Shown one piece after another: positions 36,801 to 44,970 of a stretch of 61,044 nt of DNA. The position numbers and the translations under genes were made by a program. Source of the stretch: a virus (Duplodnaviria > Caudoviricetes); the IMG/VR virus record IMGVR_UViG_3300025133_000003, positions 1-61,044 of that record; one strand, given 5' to 3'. The notes beneath the pieces were generated by a model. The model was given only the letters and a program-made list of their open reading frames with translations, was not told the origin of the DNA and searched no databases. Every line of letters starts with the position of its first letter. Position 1 is the first letter of the stretch.

Positions 36801-39592
36801 TCTTCTTCGAGCGGATGCGGGTCGGCGGGTACGTCCACCACATGCTCTCGGAGCAGGCGCAGCTCAAGATGGGGCAGCTGAAGACGAAGTACCGGGGGGC
36901 CGAGCTCGACACGCGGATCCGGGCCACGATGCACCGCGGCCACACGGGAACCCTGGCCGAGAACAACGAGCGGGTTCGGCGCGAGATCGGCGCGATGATC
37001 CTTGAGTCGGCCCAGGGCATCAGCAAGCCCACCGACGCCCAGCTGGCCGATGTCATCAAGGCCAACGGCCTCGATCAGATCCAGTGGTTTGAGCGGGACC
37101 TCGCGACGATCATGCTGGAGTACGGCAACCAGGTGGCCGGCACGGTCACCAACCGCGCGTTCCTCAAGCGGATGGAGGCCGCGTTCCCCCAGGGCGACTA
37201 CTTCAGTCGGCTGGCGGGCGACTCCATCCGGGATCCGGCCAAGCTGAAGCCGGGGGAGCGGATGGTTCCCCGGGACCACCGCAAGTACACCCTGGTGGAT
37301 GTGGACACGATGGCCGCGGAGCAGGGCTTCCGACGCCTGAGCGGGGTGGAGCGCCTCAAGAGCGTCATGGGTCACGAGCGGGTGTGGGACGGCTGGAACA
37401 AGTACCGCGACGAGATCCAGAAGCTCCTCGTCGGGATGCCCCCGGGCCCTGGTCGCAAGTCGGCGCTGATGGACTTCCTGCGGCGCAATGGAGTCCCGAT
37501 CGACAACCGCATCGCGGACGAGGCTGAGCTCATCGTCCAACGGGACGTCTATCTGCCGACCGCCATCGTTTCGCTGTTGGAGGAGGAGGGGAAGGGCTAC
37601 TTCCGCGGCCTCCACGGGCAGATCGACGGCTTCGACGATATGACCACCTTCTTCAAGACGATGGTCACCGTGCTCCACTGGGCCTTTGTGGGGCGCAACG
37701 CCTCGTCGAATGTGCTGCAGAGCCTGCTCGTGGGCGGTCGCGAGAGCATCAACAGCATTCCCAAGGCGATGGGTCTGATGATGGCCCCGGACCATCAGGT
37801 GATCCGCTTCGGCCGGCAGGAGCTGACCGCCAAGGAGTGGCGCCAGCTGATGCGTGATCGGGGAGTTCTCACCGACAACATCGTGATGGCTGACATCGAC
37901 ACGCTGGACACGGCCTCGCGGGTGAACGTCCCGCGCGCGGCGAAGGCCGCTGCGCTTGGGGCGGGAGCCGGAACGATCCTCGGCCAGAAGTCGGGAGACG
38001 AGGACGATCCGCTGTCCGGCAGCCGCAACGCCTTGGTTGGGTTCCTGATGGGCTCGCTCGGCGGAACGGCGCTGTCGGCGGGATTCGACGTGTACTCGCG
38101 GTCGGCTACGAAGGTTCTCGCCAAGGAGGCGGGGATCACCGAGGCCATGGCGGCGCTCAAGGCGGGCGACCGCCGCGCCGCTGGCGAATACCTCCGGGGC
38201 AACATCGGCAAGCTCAAGGACAAGAAGACCTGGGGAGCCGCGTTCGACCAGTGGCTGGACGACGTTGGACTGGACAAGCCGGGGGGCATGTCCGTCCGGC
38301 AGGCTCGCAAGGAGGGGCTCCTCACCTTGAAGGGTCCCGCCAAGCGGGCCAGTCGGCTCGGAGCTGCGTCGGGCTCTACGGTGGGGACCGCCGTCGCCGT
38401 CAAGACGTTCAGCCCGGTGTCGGGCGCTGCTGCGGGAGCAGTGGCCGCGGGCGCGACGGGTGGGACGCAGATGATGCTCGAGGGCGCCGTCATCGCCGCC
38501 GGCCACCTCAACCGCCAGGTCGAGAACCAAGCCCGCATCGCCAACTTCATCACCGGGATGGAGTCTGGGATCGGGGTCGACGCCTCAGTGGCTCAGGTCA
38601 ACCGCGCCCTCTTCGATTACGGCGACCTCACGCCCTTCGAGCGCTACGTCGCAAAACGCGTATTTCCGTTTTGGGTTTGGAGCTCCCGCAACGTCCAGCT
38701 GCAGGCCTATCTGCTCAAGAACAAGCCGGGTCGATACGCCCTGATGAGCCGGATGCTCAACGCCTCGATGAAGGACGCCTTGGAGCCTGAGGACATCGCG
38801 CTGGTGCCCCACCATCTGCGGTGGCGGTTCGTCATGTCCGTGGGGCCCGCGAAGCTGGCTGCGGGCCTGGGCCTTCCGATCGAAGACTTCGTCGATCTCT
38901 TCCGCACGACCGGAATGGACACCGGCAACGTGCTCACGCGCCACCCCGGCCTGGCCAGCCGCCTCAGTCCCTCCGTCATGGTGGCTCTGCAGTACCTCTC
39001 GGAGCACCACCTGTACTACGACAAGGAGATCGGGGAGATCCGCAACGCCCGGGATCTGAAGCACCTGCCCGACCTGTTCAAGGAGTACGTGGGCTACTAC
39101 GAGTTCACCGACCAGTTCGGAAACAAGCGGGTCGAAGTGGGCGACTTCAACGGCGACGGCGAGAAGGACAGCGAGGACGCGGCGAAGCTCGGGGCGCACC
39201 GCATGTTCCTGCTCAAGAGCTTCCCGGGCTGGCGGCTCGTTTCAGAGCTGAACAAGGCGCTTCTGACCGAGGCCCGGTCCGGTGTTCAGTCGGCCAGTTC
39301 GGATGTGGACGTTCAGACCCCCACGCAGCGGCGGCTGGGAGTGTCCTCTGGAATCAAGGTCTACGACCTCGAGACAGCCGTGGACCCGGACACGGGGGAG
39401 CCTGATCTGGCGCTCGCCAAGGCCCGGGTCTTCCTGCGGTGGGAGCAGGAGCAGCGCAAGTGGTTGAGCAAGGAGGTGGACGGGTTTGAGATCACGGTGC
39501 TGCCCAAGGAGCTGCAGGACCCCACCCAGCCGCCCCGCCCCAATCCCCGCCGCCGGATGCGGGACGCCCGCGAGGCGGAAGGTTTCCGCTAG
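30845..39592 (+). CDS. Giant (2915 aa) polyvalent internal virion/ejection protein
   Basis: LFIEELQSDWHQ domain, STLAHELGH..EEMFA zincin-like peptidase, LFDYGDLT..FPFW C-terminal domain. Confidence 0.8.
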   Translation: MSRFDELADEIEEVPEPAPEPSRFDQLADDDDSSAESSRFDQLVDDEPSRFDTLAGEPEVTPVELTPEEPEPEPEWEHFNPLIAAHTSHYQALERMEAKDNRTDYAKWKDAVTDDMEDAQARDWVRVHTLTEGPGKGMLLVRDRIAIRDEYIDKYGELPPSMLAQRPLRPGEQLPLAKTFDRIEFGATMIGFVNKRMATVARPIAAIAHATADIRSLAEATPQERYAFLDEFTDQDPLKEEYRYIIEQLNTGVPREEIEGFLAVTAKYFLPNEADPWAGTGRPDFYGDAPDDIGTVFRRGVVEPLMEKEAQLHVDSHIKGAKLLKFLAPDGMLPQGVIDLAEISPSDRQKKIDETWGGGEYLDAQRAEARLLTSQIGEETFNPATAEAAMKTPGVMFRTAWNVVVGKEDQGLIKNPIPALKEGGAELRDLWEGAARERTMLRPTRVERVMVEGSTSGRTPTNIALYGADYYGGGGGATVKTAAGVMTEDGARRYTTHRGGTVSDALEAVGLIRTAEKGEEGAHWTLRMPEAPEERTHVLELARELEIALDSATARAGTLAEESGKRVHDINLRRLVKIDDEGDLVIDTSDQAIRLATIQAPAKKPWLSKDTSVHAPTSTLGKAVESAVMAELPGGGRLLPNWAIGRVERLRRTVGKGRPYAVWHKNEKGKDVLKPLDAVDLIGRHEWEHMKSLRDRSRFSEEALRSRVSAAVSNLIQGTDSKAQRELVADLLESMGRKRLPKSDLAMELLDELSKRMDKAVEWKPTKTRVGARGTLHVALADFDQLVAKGASEADLMEQRRKIADAAAELGEAEGDPALARFFDRADDVSDADLTHHRDSIEGGVRQLYGEGVGDLGRVPTADDAVARLRGNFDGDDARFAANLERSPRKMEREGFKAVEGGYAPIDDAYVKKLRRELKDRTKRLKKWEQQVASTGRIEGIDIGLAGSHKTVLKEERRTVQLRLPNRIEEAKKWARDHKRLPPGTPKKSTAQAYIELLDARARTWAAVTGGRVDEYFWTRFSKIAEFEAYDQFADEVGRETMVLFHEDQVGPWLYGKMADMVRAEFTGEGRRMTLTAWRNWLSRRGLQVEGTQVEDLLNAWRRSGVHLRHSLDVLRRNESAFRAGDEVLLEADDEWLRENVTRLGFAEQVRYLEESLAAHRRPSDVMLLAHLDGFARQLVEVPLTGFRRVLPEAIQNAPFESGSPAQWRQYLKKQRGAGLKQEELDTSLIDSYIGKLSPEDAAMMGPVKWTKDDLLELIEPPDTGEMMRRSDMAQTNWGREDYFDEVLELPGGTNYRELTLSYKDNWGQRFDATHYWPNHPNVVVNMRFNDRVIDGKRTLFIEELQSDWHQAGQRQGYLKPGETQEGLEEWLAGLKAGKAGKAPSDLALMEQIAEQALDGTPLAGRPVPDAPWKGTWHQLALKRMVRLAAEEGYDQIAWTTGKQQIDRYPWVQEGAGAAGLRQHYDKVLPGAAKKLYKKYGATPARIQATAVEAATEVPQQLRALKQTLSAQPVWSQGQRSDLHQVLQLMGDEYRLAKMAQETGLEGEITLALLLDAARRRAPRASEMVIGEIRSRVTRPDRLAELGIEVPIDGHAMPITPELRAAVMEGQALFQKGPKGEARGAVAFVADQDGKAVIAAFKGSKDVSTLAHELGHVFRRDLGVGDQRLADKWVTDKLGKKAIEDGKWSREAEEMFADGFVRWLREGKVPIEGLKDLFINFGHWLKSLYSAAMVRGLAEPNKDLEEVFGRLFDPDQAYDQLRPLAEGGAPLSKAQGTRGLHRMQRASGGGIKMEKVPGKAAPKGVPRFPNGEIPAAAAGRPLDAWASDIAAKGVQGKTNAELLKSDTYNPQAVGEALQESYLELLDRQASKAQEVRNVIRELTSDMDANFPGVGDRYELEALRKVGQEIDDVLARVDAFKAEDELLDAYAAASVSDVRTAARAVGTDAKVPDELRPIVDQARQFFDGMYDELKKSGALPDWWTKEVFFERMRVGGYVHHMLSEQAQLKMGQLKTKYRGAELDTRIRATMHRGHTGTLAENNERVRREIGAMILESAQGISKPTDAQLADVIKANGLDQIQWFERDLATIMLEYGNQVAGTVTNRAFLKRMEAAFPQGDYFSRLAGDSIRDPAKLKPGERMVPRDHRKYTLVDVDTMAAEQGFRRLSGVERLKSVMGHERVWDGWNKYRDEIQKLLVGMPPGPGRKSALMDFLRRNGVPIDNRIADEAELIVQRDVYLPTAIVSLLEEEGKGYFRGLHGQIDGFDDMTTFFKTMVTVLHWAFVGRNASSNVLQSLLVGGRESINSIPKAMGLMMAPDHQVIRFGRQELTAKEWRQLMRDRGVLTDNIVMADIDTLDTASRVNVPRAAKAAALGAGAGTILGQKSGDEDDPLSGSRNALVGFLMGSLGGTALSAGFDVYSRSATKVLAKEAGITEAMAALKAGDRRAAGEYLRGNIGKLKDKKTWGAAFDQWLDDVGLDKPGGMSVRQARKEGLLTLKGPAKRASRLGAASGSTVGTAVAVKTFSPVSGAAAGAVAAGATGGTQMMLEGAVIAAGHLNRQVENQARIANFITGMESGIGVDASVAQVNRALFDYGDLTPFERYVAKRVFPFWVWSSRNVQLQAYLLKNKPGRYALMSRMLNASMKDALEPEDIALVPHHLRWRFVMSVGPAKLAAGLGLPIEDFVDLFRTTGMDTGNVLTRHPGLASRLSPSVMVALQYLSEHHLYYDKEIGEIRNARDLKHLPDLFKEYVGYYEFTDQFGNKRVEVGDFNGDGEKDSEDAAKLGAHRMFLLKSFPGWRLVSELNKALLTEARSGVQSASSDVDVQTPTQRRLGVSSGIKVYDLETAVDPDTGEPDLALAKARVFLRWEQEQRKWLSKEVDGFEITVLPKELQDPTQPPRPNPRRRMRDAREAEGFR

Positions 39593-39721
39593 CTGATTCG
39601 CATAGGCGTCGCAGTACCCTTTTTCGCGGCGTCTTTCTATTGCTGGAGCACCCCCGTAGACCCACCGACCGCCCGTAATCCGCTGGGCGCAAGGACAAGG
39701 GGCTGGGGAGCGGAGGCCCCC

Positions 39722-40123
39722 ATGGCCTACACCAGCAAGCCCGTTTATCGCAGCTCGGACGATCTGAGCCTCACCGGCTCCTTCACCGCTGCGACCGAGC
39801 TCCTCCCAGCGCAGCCCCTGCTCCTGGGAACCGACGCGATCACCAACAACAAGATGGCGTACTACGGGCTCCGGGTCCGCAAGACGGCGGGTGGCGCCAG
39901 CACCGACACGTTCCGGGTGTACCGGGGCGGCACGGCGGCAGCCCCGACGAACCTCTGCCACGAGTTCGACGTCACGTGGACGGGCAACGACGAGGAGGCG
40001 TACGACCAGATCGGGATCCCTGCGCCGCTGGACGGGGCCCTGCTCGTCACGGGCGAATCCACCGTCGGGGCCCCGACGACCCACACCTTCACCGTCAACG
40101 CCGACCTTCAGGGCATTGCCTGA
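39722..40123 (+). CDS. Virion structural protein
   Basis: GGAGG SD; beta-rich. Confidence 0.6.
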   Translation: MAYTSKPVYRSSDDLSLTGSFTAATELLPAQPLLLGTDAITNNKMAYYGLRVRKTAGGASTDTFRVYRGGTAAAPTNLCHEFDVTWTGNDEEAYDQIGIPAPLDGALLVTGESTVGAPTTHTFTVNADLQGIA

Positions 40124-40872
40124 TGGCGACGGCCACTCGGCAGTTTCCACTCCCCGCTGGCGGGGCCGGCGGCGCCTCCGGCACGTCCCAGACGTCCCTG
40201 GACCTCACGCCGTCGGTGAACGTCACCTACACCGAGTCCGGCGGGGTGCTCTCGGGAACGGGCGGGATCTTCGACGGCTGGTCGGTGGCCGGCTGGAGCG
40301 ACTTCACCTCGCTCATCGAATACGACACGGGCCACGTCGAATGGATCATCTCCCTGGCTGGGGATCAGCGGGTGGGCGTGGCTCATGCGACGCTGAACAC
40401 GTGCCCGCAGATCTACCTCCCGGACCTCGCCGTGGGCGACCTCACCTTGGACGTCAAGTTCTCAGCCACCGCCGTCGGTGCGAATGACGTGAACTTCAAT
40501 GTTGGCGCATGGAGTCCCGCGACGACGGGAACGCAGACCCACGGGATCCTCAACAACTTCCAGTGGAGCACCACGAACGGTCGGTGGAACGCCTACGCGA
40601 CCGCGCGCAACGGGCGGCTCACGACACAGCAGGGCAGCGACAAGGCGTGGGCGACGCAGCGGTGGGGGCGCATTTCCCGCACCGACCACGACGTCACGTT
40701 TGCGGAGAAGCTCGACGACGGCGACGCCTGGACGGAGATCGAGGAGAACGAGTGGGACCATGCCGGGGGCTCTGTTCGGCTCGGCTTCCTGTTCGGTGGA
40801 AACGGCACCACGGGAACGCTCCGCATCTACAAGGTCGCGGGCGCTTACTACTCCTCGGACGACCTCGCATGA
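40123..40872 (+). CDS. Putative receptor-binding protein (ConA/lectin-like beta sandwich)
   Basis: WGRISRT..VTFA..DGDAWTEI pattern; coupled start. Confidence 0.55.
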   Translation: MATATRQFPLPAGGAGGASGTSQTSLDLTPSVNVTYTESGGVLSGTGGIFDGWSVAGWSDFTSLIEYDTGHVEWIISLAGDQRVGVAHATLNTCPQIYLPDLAVGDLTLDVKFSATAVGANDVNFNVGAWSPATTGTQTHGILNNFQWSTTNGRWNAYATARNGRLTTQQGSDKAWATQRWGRISRTDHDVTFAEKLDDGDAWTEIEENEWDHAGGSVRLGFLFGGNGTTGTLRIYKVAGAYYSSDDLA

Positions 40873-41048
40873 CGCCCGAAGACCTCGACGCCATGCTCGC
40901 GGTGCTCTCCCTGACGGCCGAGGAGGTTCTCAAGATCTCGGGCTTGGAGGAGCAGGGCGGGGCCTACCGCAAGTACACGCTCTACAGCCCCGAGGGCGAG
41001 CCCCTGGGCACCTGTGAGTACCGTAACGGTGAGTGGGCCGCGCTCTGA
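40869..41048 (+). CDS. Small hypothetical protein
   Basis: ATGA/TGATG coupling on both sides. Confidence 0.55.
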   Translation: MTPEDLDAMLAVLSLTAEEVLKISGLEEQGGAYRKYTLYSPEGEPLGTCEYRNGEWAAL

Positions 41049-41299
41049 TGGACGCCACCCCCTCGCTCAGCCAGCCCATGCAGGCCCCGCAGCCCGACGT
41101 CGCCGTCGCGGTGCTGGAGACCCGCGTCTCCACCATGGAGATCGGCGTCAAGGAGCTGCGCGAGGAGCTGCGGACCGACTTCAAGGAGCTGAGCAAGGAG
41201 GTCAAGCACCTGGGGGCCCGCATGGCCCGCGCCGCCGGCGTCGGCCTGGTCGTCGCCGTGTTCATCATCCCGGTGCTGCAGAAGGCGGGGATCCTCTGA
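41048..41299 (+). CDS. Coiled-coil plus C-terminal TM protein (holin/antiholin-like)
   Basis: Directly upstream of endolysin. Confidence 0.6.
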   Translation: MDATPSLSQPMQAPQPDVAVAVLETRVSTMEIGVKELREELRTDFKELSKEVKHLGARMARAAGVGLVVAVFIIPVLQKAGIL

Positions 41300-41919
41300 T
41301 GCCGTTCGAGCAGCTGGACTACCTCGAGCTCGTCCGCGAGGCCAACGAGCACCGGGAGAACCCGGACTGGCCCTCGGCCGACTACGACGGCGACGGTGAG
41401 AAGGACCTCGCCTACTTGGGAGCCGTCCAGCGGGAGGCTCAGTTCGGTCCGCTGGAGTGGATCCCGGTGGCGGGGTCCGACTCGGCCATCGAGATCACCA
41501 ACAACTTCCGCGCCGCCCAGCTCGTCCGCGTCCAGGTCCCCCAGCTGGAGGGCCTGGACACCTACGGCAGCGAGTTCGGCGGCAAGGTCACCATCCATCG
41601 GCTCGTGGCCGACCAGCTCCTCGGCTTCTTCCAGGCCGTCGAGGACGCGGGGCTCAAGGGGCTGCTCAAGAGCTGGGGCGGGAGCTTCGTCCCCCGCCGC
41701 ATCCGCGGCCGTGACTCTCTGAGCAATCACGCTTACGGCGTCGCGTTCGATCTCAACATGCAGTGGAACGGGCTGGGTCGCACCCCGGCCCTGGCCAAGG
41801 ACCCCGGAACGGTTCGGCCCCTGGTGCCCATCGCCTCGCGGTTCGGCCTGTACTGGGGCGGCCACTACAACAGCCGCCGCGATGGCATGCATTTTGAGTT
41901 TGTTGAGGTAATCCAATGA
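41299..41919 (+). CDS. Endolysin, M15 family peptidase
   Basis: R..SNHAYGVAFDLN and WGG..DGMHFE zinc-binding motifs. Confidence 0.9.
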   Translation: MPFEQLDYLELVREANEHRENPDWPSADYDGDGEKDLAYLGAVQREAQFGPLEWIPVAGSDSAIEITNNFRAAQLVRVQVPQLEGLDTYGSEFGGKVTIHRLVADQLLGFFQAVEDAGLKGLLKSWGGSFVPRRIRGRDSLSNHAYGVAFDLNMQWNGLGRTPALAKDPGTVRPLVPIASRFGLYWGGHYNSRRDGMHFEFVEVIQ

Positions 41920-42038
41920 CTTACGGTGCAATCGTACACGAGCGTTTTGCTGAGCGGATCGACCATGCCGACGGGTGCTGGCTCTCGAGAGCGACGACGA
42001 CAGCGCCATCGCCGGCCCGGGGGCGGGAGCCCCGCTGA
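41916..42038 (+). pseudogene. Possible truncated HNH endonuclease remnant
   Basis: MTYGAIVHERFAERIDHADGCWL resembles ERFWxKVD..xCWLW N-termini; no HNH motif follows. Confidence 0.45.
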
Positions 42039-42373
42039 TGTACCCCGCCCCCTGGACCCCCTGCCCCTGCTGCGAGAACTACCTCTGCACCCTGCACGGC
42101 GACGGCACCCTGCACGCCCACGACTGCCGAGAGTGCCCCTCGATCGAGTGGTGGGGGCAGCTGGACCCCTACTCGCCAATGACCGCAGCAGAGCGCGCCG
42201 AGGCGCTGCTGCTGCGCCCCGACGACGACGACGACGACAGCGGCGATGACGACGACAGCGGCGATGACGATGACTCGGGGATGACGACGACAGCGCCAAG
42301 CAGAAACGGCCAGGACCGGCGCGGCCCTGACCGTTTCGTGGGTCGAAAGCGCGATGGGTGGGGCGCCTCCTGA
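42038..42373 (+). CDS. Cys/His-rich small protein with acidic repeat
   Basis: GGAG SD; CPCCENYLC..H..H.C..C; (DDDDSG)x3. Confidence 0.55.
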   Translation: MYPAPWTPCPCCENYLCTLHGDGTLHAHDCRECPSIEWWGQLDPYSPMTAAERAEALLLRPDDDDDDSGDDDDSGDDDDSGMTTTAPSRNGQDRRGPDRFVGRKRDGWGAS

Positions 42374-42386
42374 TAGGAGGCTAGCA

Positions 42387-42758
42387 ATGAACGACTACTA
42401 CGTCACCGCCGCCGTGGGCTGCGTCATCGCGATGGCCAGCTACGGGCTGGTGGGCCAGGTGCTCAAGCCGGTGCTCCGGCTCTGGGCTCGGATGAAGGCC
42501 CGCAAGGCCGGCCGAAAGCTGTACCCCGAGGAAGTCGAGCTCTTCAAGATCATGACCCAGAGCGGCGCCGTCGTGAGCGGGGGGCTCATGGGCGTGGGCC
42601 CTATCTGGCCGGAGCTGGTGCCCTGGGCGATGGGCCCCCTGCTGGGGCTCGCCTTTGGTTCCCTCGCCATCCCCCTCCATTCGGCCATCAAGAAGGCCCT
42701 GCCGGAGCGGGTGGCCCAGATCATCAGCGGCAAGAGCCCCAGGAAGTTGGACCCATGA
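42387..42758 (+). CDS. Membrane protein, probable holin
   Basis: AGGAGG SD; 2-3 TM segments in lysis region. Confidence 0.6.
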   Translation: MNDYYVTAAVGCVIAMASYGLVGQVLKPVLRLWARMKARKAGRKLYPEEVELFKIMTQSGAVVSGGLMGVGPIWPELVPWAMGPLLGLAFGSLAIPLHSAIKKALPERVAQIISGKSPRKLDP

Positions 42759-43084
42759 GCAAGGACCCCATCAGCTCAGCTACGCCCTGGATGCTCGCCC
42801 TGCTGCTTGGATGCGTCGGGGTGGGTATCGCCGTGACCTTGTTCATCCTGGGCCGCCAGGCCGAGGCCGCCGCAGCTGGAGCCGGGGCGGTCTACGCCGC
42901 GTCGCGCACCGTCAGCAAGAGCAAGCGGTCCGCGAAGAAGCGGGACAAGGAGGAGAAGGCCGAGGTTGTGGTGCTGCAGGAGCGCATCGACAAGACGGTC
43001 TCGACCGACACCGACCCGGACCTTGAGGCGCTGCAGGAGCGGCTGGCCTCCAGGCGCGGCGACGATGGGGACGGTGCCGCATGA
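42755..43084 (+). CDS. Membrane-anchored coiled-coil protein (i-spanin-like)
   Basis: N-terminal TM, charged tail. Confidence 0.5.
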   Translation: MSKDPISSATPWMLALLLGCVGVGIAVTLFILGRQAEAAAAGAGAVYAASRTVSKSKRSAKKRDKEEKAEVVVLQERIDKTVSTDTDPDLEALQERLASRRGDDGDGAA

Positions 43085-43524
43085 GTGTTCAGAAACTGTA
43101 CGTTCTCCTTCTCGTCTTGTTCCTCGGCACGGGCTGCGGTCACGTCGCCCACAAGGGGCCCATCTGGTCCACGGACTTCGCCCGGGTCCAGGTGCCCGAG
43201 GCCCCGGAGATTCCCGACGATGCGCCGGAGCCCGAGATCCTTGTCGAGGGCCGGGAGGCCCCGTTCACCGGCATGCTCCTCGCCCCTGAGGAGCTGGATG
43301 CCCTGGTCACCTCCGCGGAGCAGCGTGACGTTGTCATCGAAGCGCTGGACCTGGCGTATCGCGGTCGTGCGCTCGACCGGGAAGAGGCCGAGGCGATCGT
43401 CGCCGCCCGGGAGCTGCAGCTAGCGGAGGCGCGCAAGGCGCAGGGCCGCTGGTTCGCGGTGGGGATGGGGGCTGGGATCGGGGCCACCATGGCGGCGGTG
43501 TTGGCGATCGTCCTGGCGAAGTGA
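43081..43524 (+). CDS. Lipoprotein with C-terminal TM (spanin-like)
   Basis: Signal peptide ending LGTGC; hydrophobic C-terminus. Confidence 0.6.
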   Translation: MSVQKLYVLLLVLFLGTGCGHVAHKGPIWSTDFARVQVPEAPEIPDDAPEPEILVEGREAPFTGMLLAPEELDALVTSAEQRDVVIEALDLAYRGRALDREEAEAIVAARELQLAEARKAQGRWFAVGMGAGIGATMAAVLAIVLAK

Positions 43525-43712
43525 CCGACAAGGACCTGCGCTGCTGGGCCGGCTCAGGCCTGTACCTGCTGCTCATGGTCTCGGTCGTGGTGTTCTTGAC
43601 CCAGGTGAAGATCCCCCAGGAGAACCGCGACATCATCGTGACGGTGATCGGCGTGATGGCTGGCGGGGTGGGGGCTGCGGTCAGCCGGTTCGTTGGCCGG
43701 CGTCAGGAGTAG
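43521..43712 (+). CDS. Small 2-TM protein
   Basis: Two hydrophobic helices. Confidence 0.6.
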   Translation: MTDKDLRCWAGSGLYLLLMVSVVVFLTQVKIPQENRDIIVTVIGVMAGGVGAAVSRFVGRRQE

Positions 43713-43713
43713 C

Positions 43714-44028
43714 TCAACCCTCGAGGGTTGAGACCATCTCCTTGGCGTACCCGCCCAAGCGCGACTGCTCAGCCGCGATTCCGAGGGCCTTGTCGATCCG
43801 CTTCTCCAGGTCGGCCACCTGGCCGCGGAGGGTCAGCTCCATCAGCGACGGCCCATCCGGCTCGACGGCGACCAGCTTGGCGTGGGCCTGCACAGCCAGG
43901 AGGGCAACGTCACGCCGCGGCACCGAGGCCCGACTCAGGATCGTGATGACCCGGCGCTCCTCGTCGGTCAAGGCCGGGGGGGCGGTGCGGTTGGCGTGCA
44001 GCTGATTCTGAAGGGTATGACGGCTCAT
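43714..44028 (-). CDS. Hypothetical protein
   Basis: AGGAG SD. Confidence 0.6.
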   Translation of the reverse strand: MSRHTLQNQLHANRTAPPALTDEERRVITILSRASVPRRDVALLAVQAHAKLVAVEPDGPSLMELTLRGQVADLEKRIDKALGIAAEQSRLGGYAKEMVSTLEG

Positions 44029-44061
44029 ATCGGTGTCTCCTGGGGCAATGATACAGCTGGG

Positions 44062-44703
44062 CTAGAGGCCCAGGCGGCTGAGTGCAGCCTTGATGCTCGA
44101 GGTGCCGTAGCCGCCGGGGACCACGGTGTGGGGCAGGCCGATCTCCCGGGCCACGCGGGGGACCTGATGGACCGAGCCGCCACCGAACCGCGCCAGGGTC
44201 AGCAGCGCGTCGGCCTTGGTGCCGGCGACCTTCTTGAGGAAGCCGGACGAGTTGCTCTTGGTGCCCCGTCCGCGGGTGCTGGGGATCCAGGTGAACCGGT
44301 AGTCCGGCAGATCCCGGGCGAGGCGGGCCAGGGCCTCGTTGTTCTCTGCGCCCCCGACCAGGGCGACATGCAGGCGGTCGTCGAGCGCCGGTTCCGGCAC
44401 CGGCTCCGGCTCGACCACCCGGCGGCGCGGCACCGGCACCGGCTCCGGCTCGGGCTCCGGCTCGGGCTCCGGCTGGGCCGCGGCGAGCTCGTCCCGGTTC
44501 TGCCCCAGCCAGACCAGCTCCCACGCATCCAGGCCGACAGTCTCGGCCAGCTGGAGGACCTGCTCGACCGAGATCGAGGTCTGACCCTGCGCCACGCGGC
44601 TCGCGGCACCGGACGACATGCCCAGCAGTCGGGCAAGTTCGTTCTGGCTGCATCCGAGCATCGCCTTCGAGATGGCCCAGAGCGTGGTGGAAAGCTCCAT
44701 CAT
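44062..44703 (-). CDS. XRE HTH regulator fused to DUF2325-like domain
   Basis: SQNELARLLGMSSGAASRVAQG; VALVGG..ADALL..GLP..GTSS. Confidence 0.7.
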   Translation of the reverse strand: MMELSTTLWAISKAMLGCSQNELARLLGMSSGAASRVAQGQTSISVEQVLQLAETVGLDAWELVWLGQNRDELAAAQPEPEPEPEPEPVPVPRRRVVEPEPVPEPALDDRLHVALVGGAENNEALARLARDLPDYRFTWIPSTRGRGTKSNSSGFLKKVAGTKADALLTLARFGGGSVHQVPRVAREIGLPHTVVPGGYGTSSIKAALSRLGL

Positions 44704-44970
44704 GGTTCCCCCGTGGTGTGATTCACGTGATTGATAGGGGCAACGATAATGGACTGAGTCAATTGATACAAGCGACACACATAGGACACAGGGGGGGTCT
44801 AGCAGGGCACAACCAGACACAACCAGACACGCCAAGATGGCCCAAGGGGTGCAGGCCTAAGTATGCGTAAGAACGACGAAAACGCCCGACCCGGCGGATG
44901 CCAGGACGGGCGAGATCTGCATCCACTGCCACATGGATCGAACGGGGAAAACCCCTTTGCTTACGGTGTG
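44704..44970. other. Intergenic region downstream of recombinase; candidate attP/promoter
   Basis: Lower GC, tandem ACAACCAGAC repeats near 44809-44829, GACAC repeats; no core identified. Confidence 0.3.

Noticed and set aside
28231-38530. Very long antisense ORFs (871, 1547, 832 aa)
   Set aside because: These are shadows of high-GC3 genes on the opposite strand, with no motifs or start signals.
39722-40872. Diversity-generating retroelement or retron
   Set aside because: No reverse transcriptase (YxDD with flanking motifs) and no TR/VR repeat pair were seen anywhere in the window.
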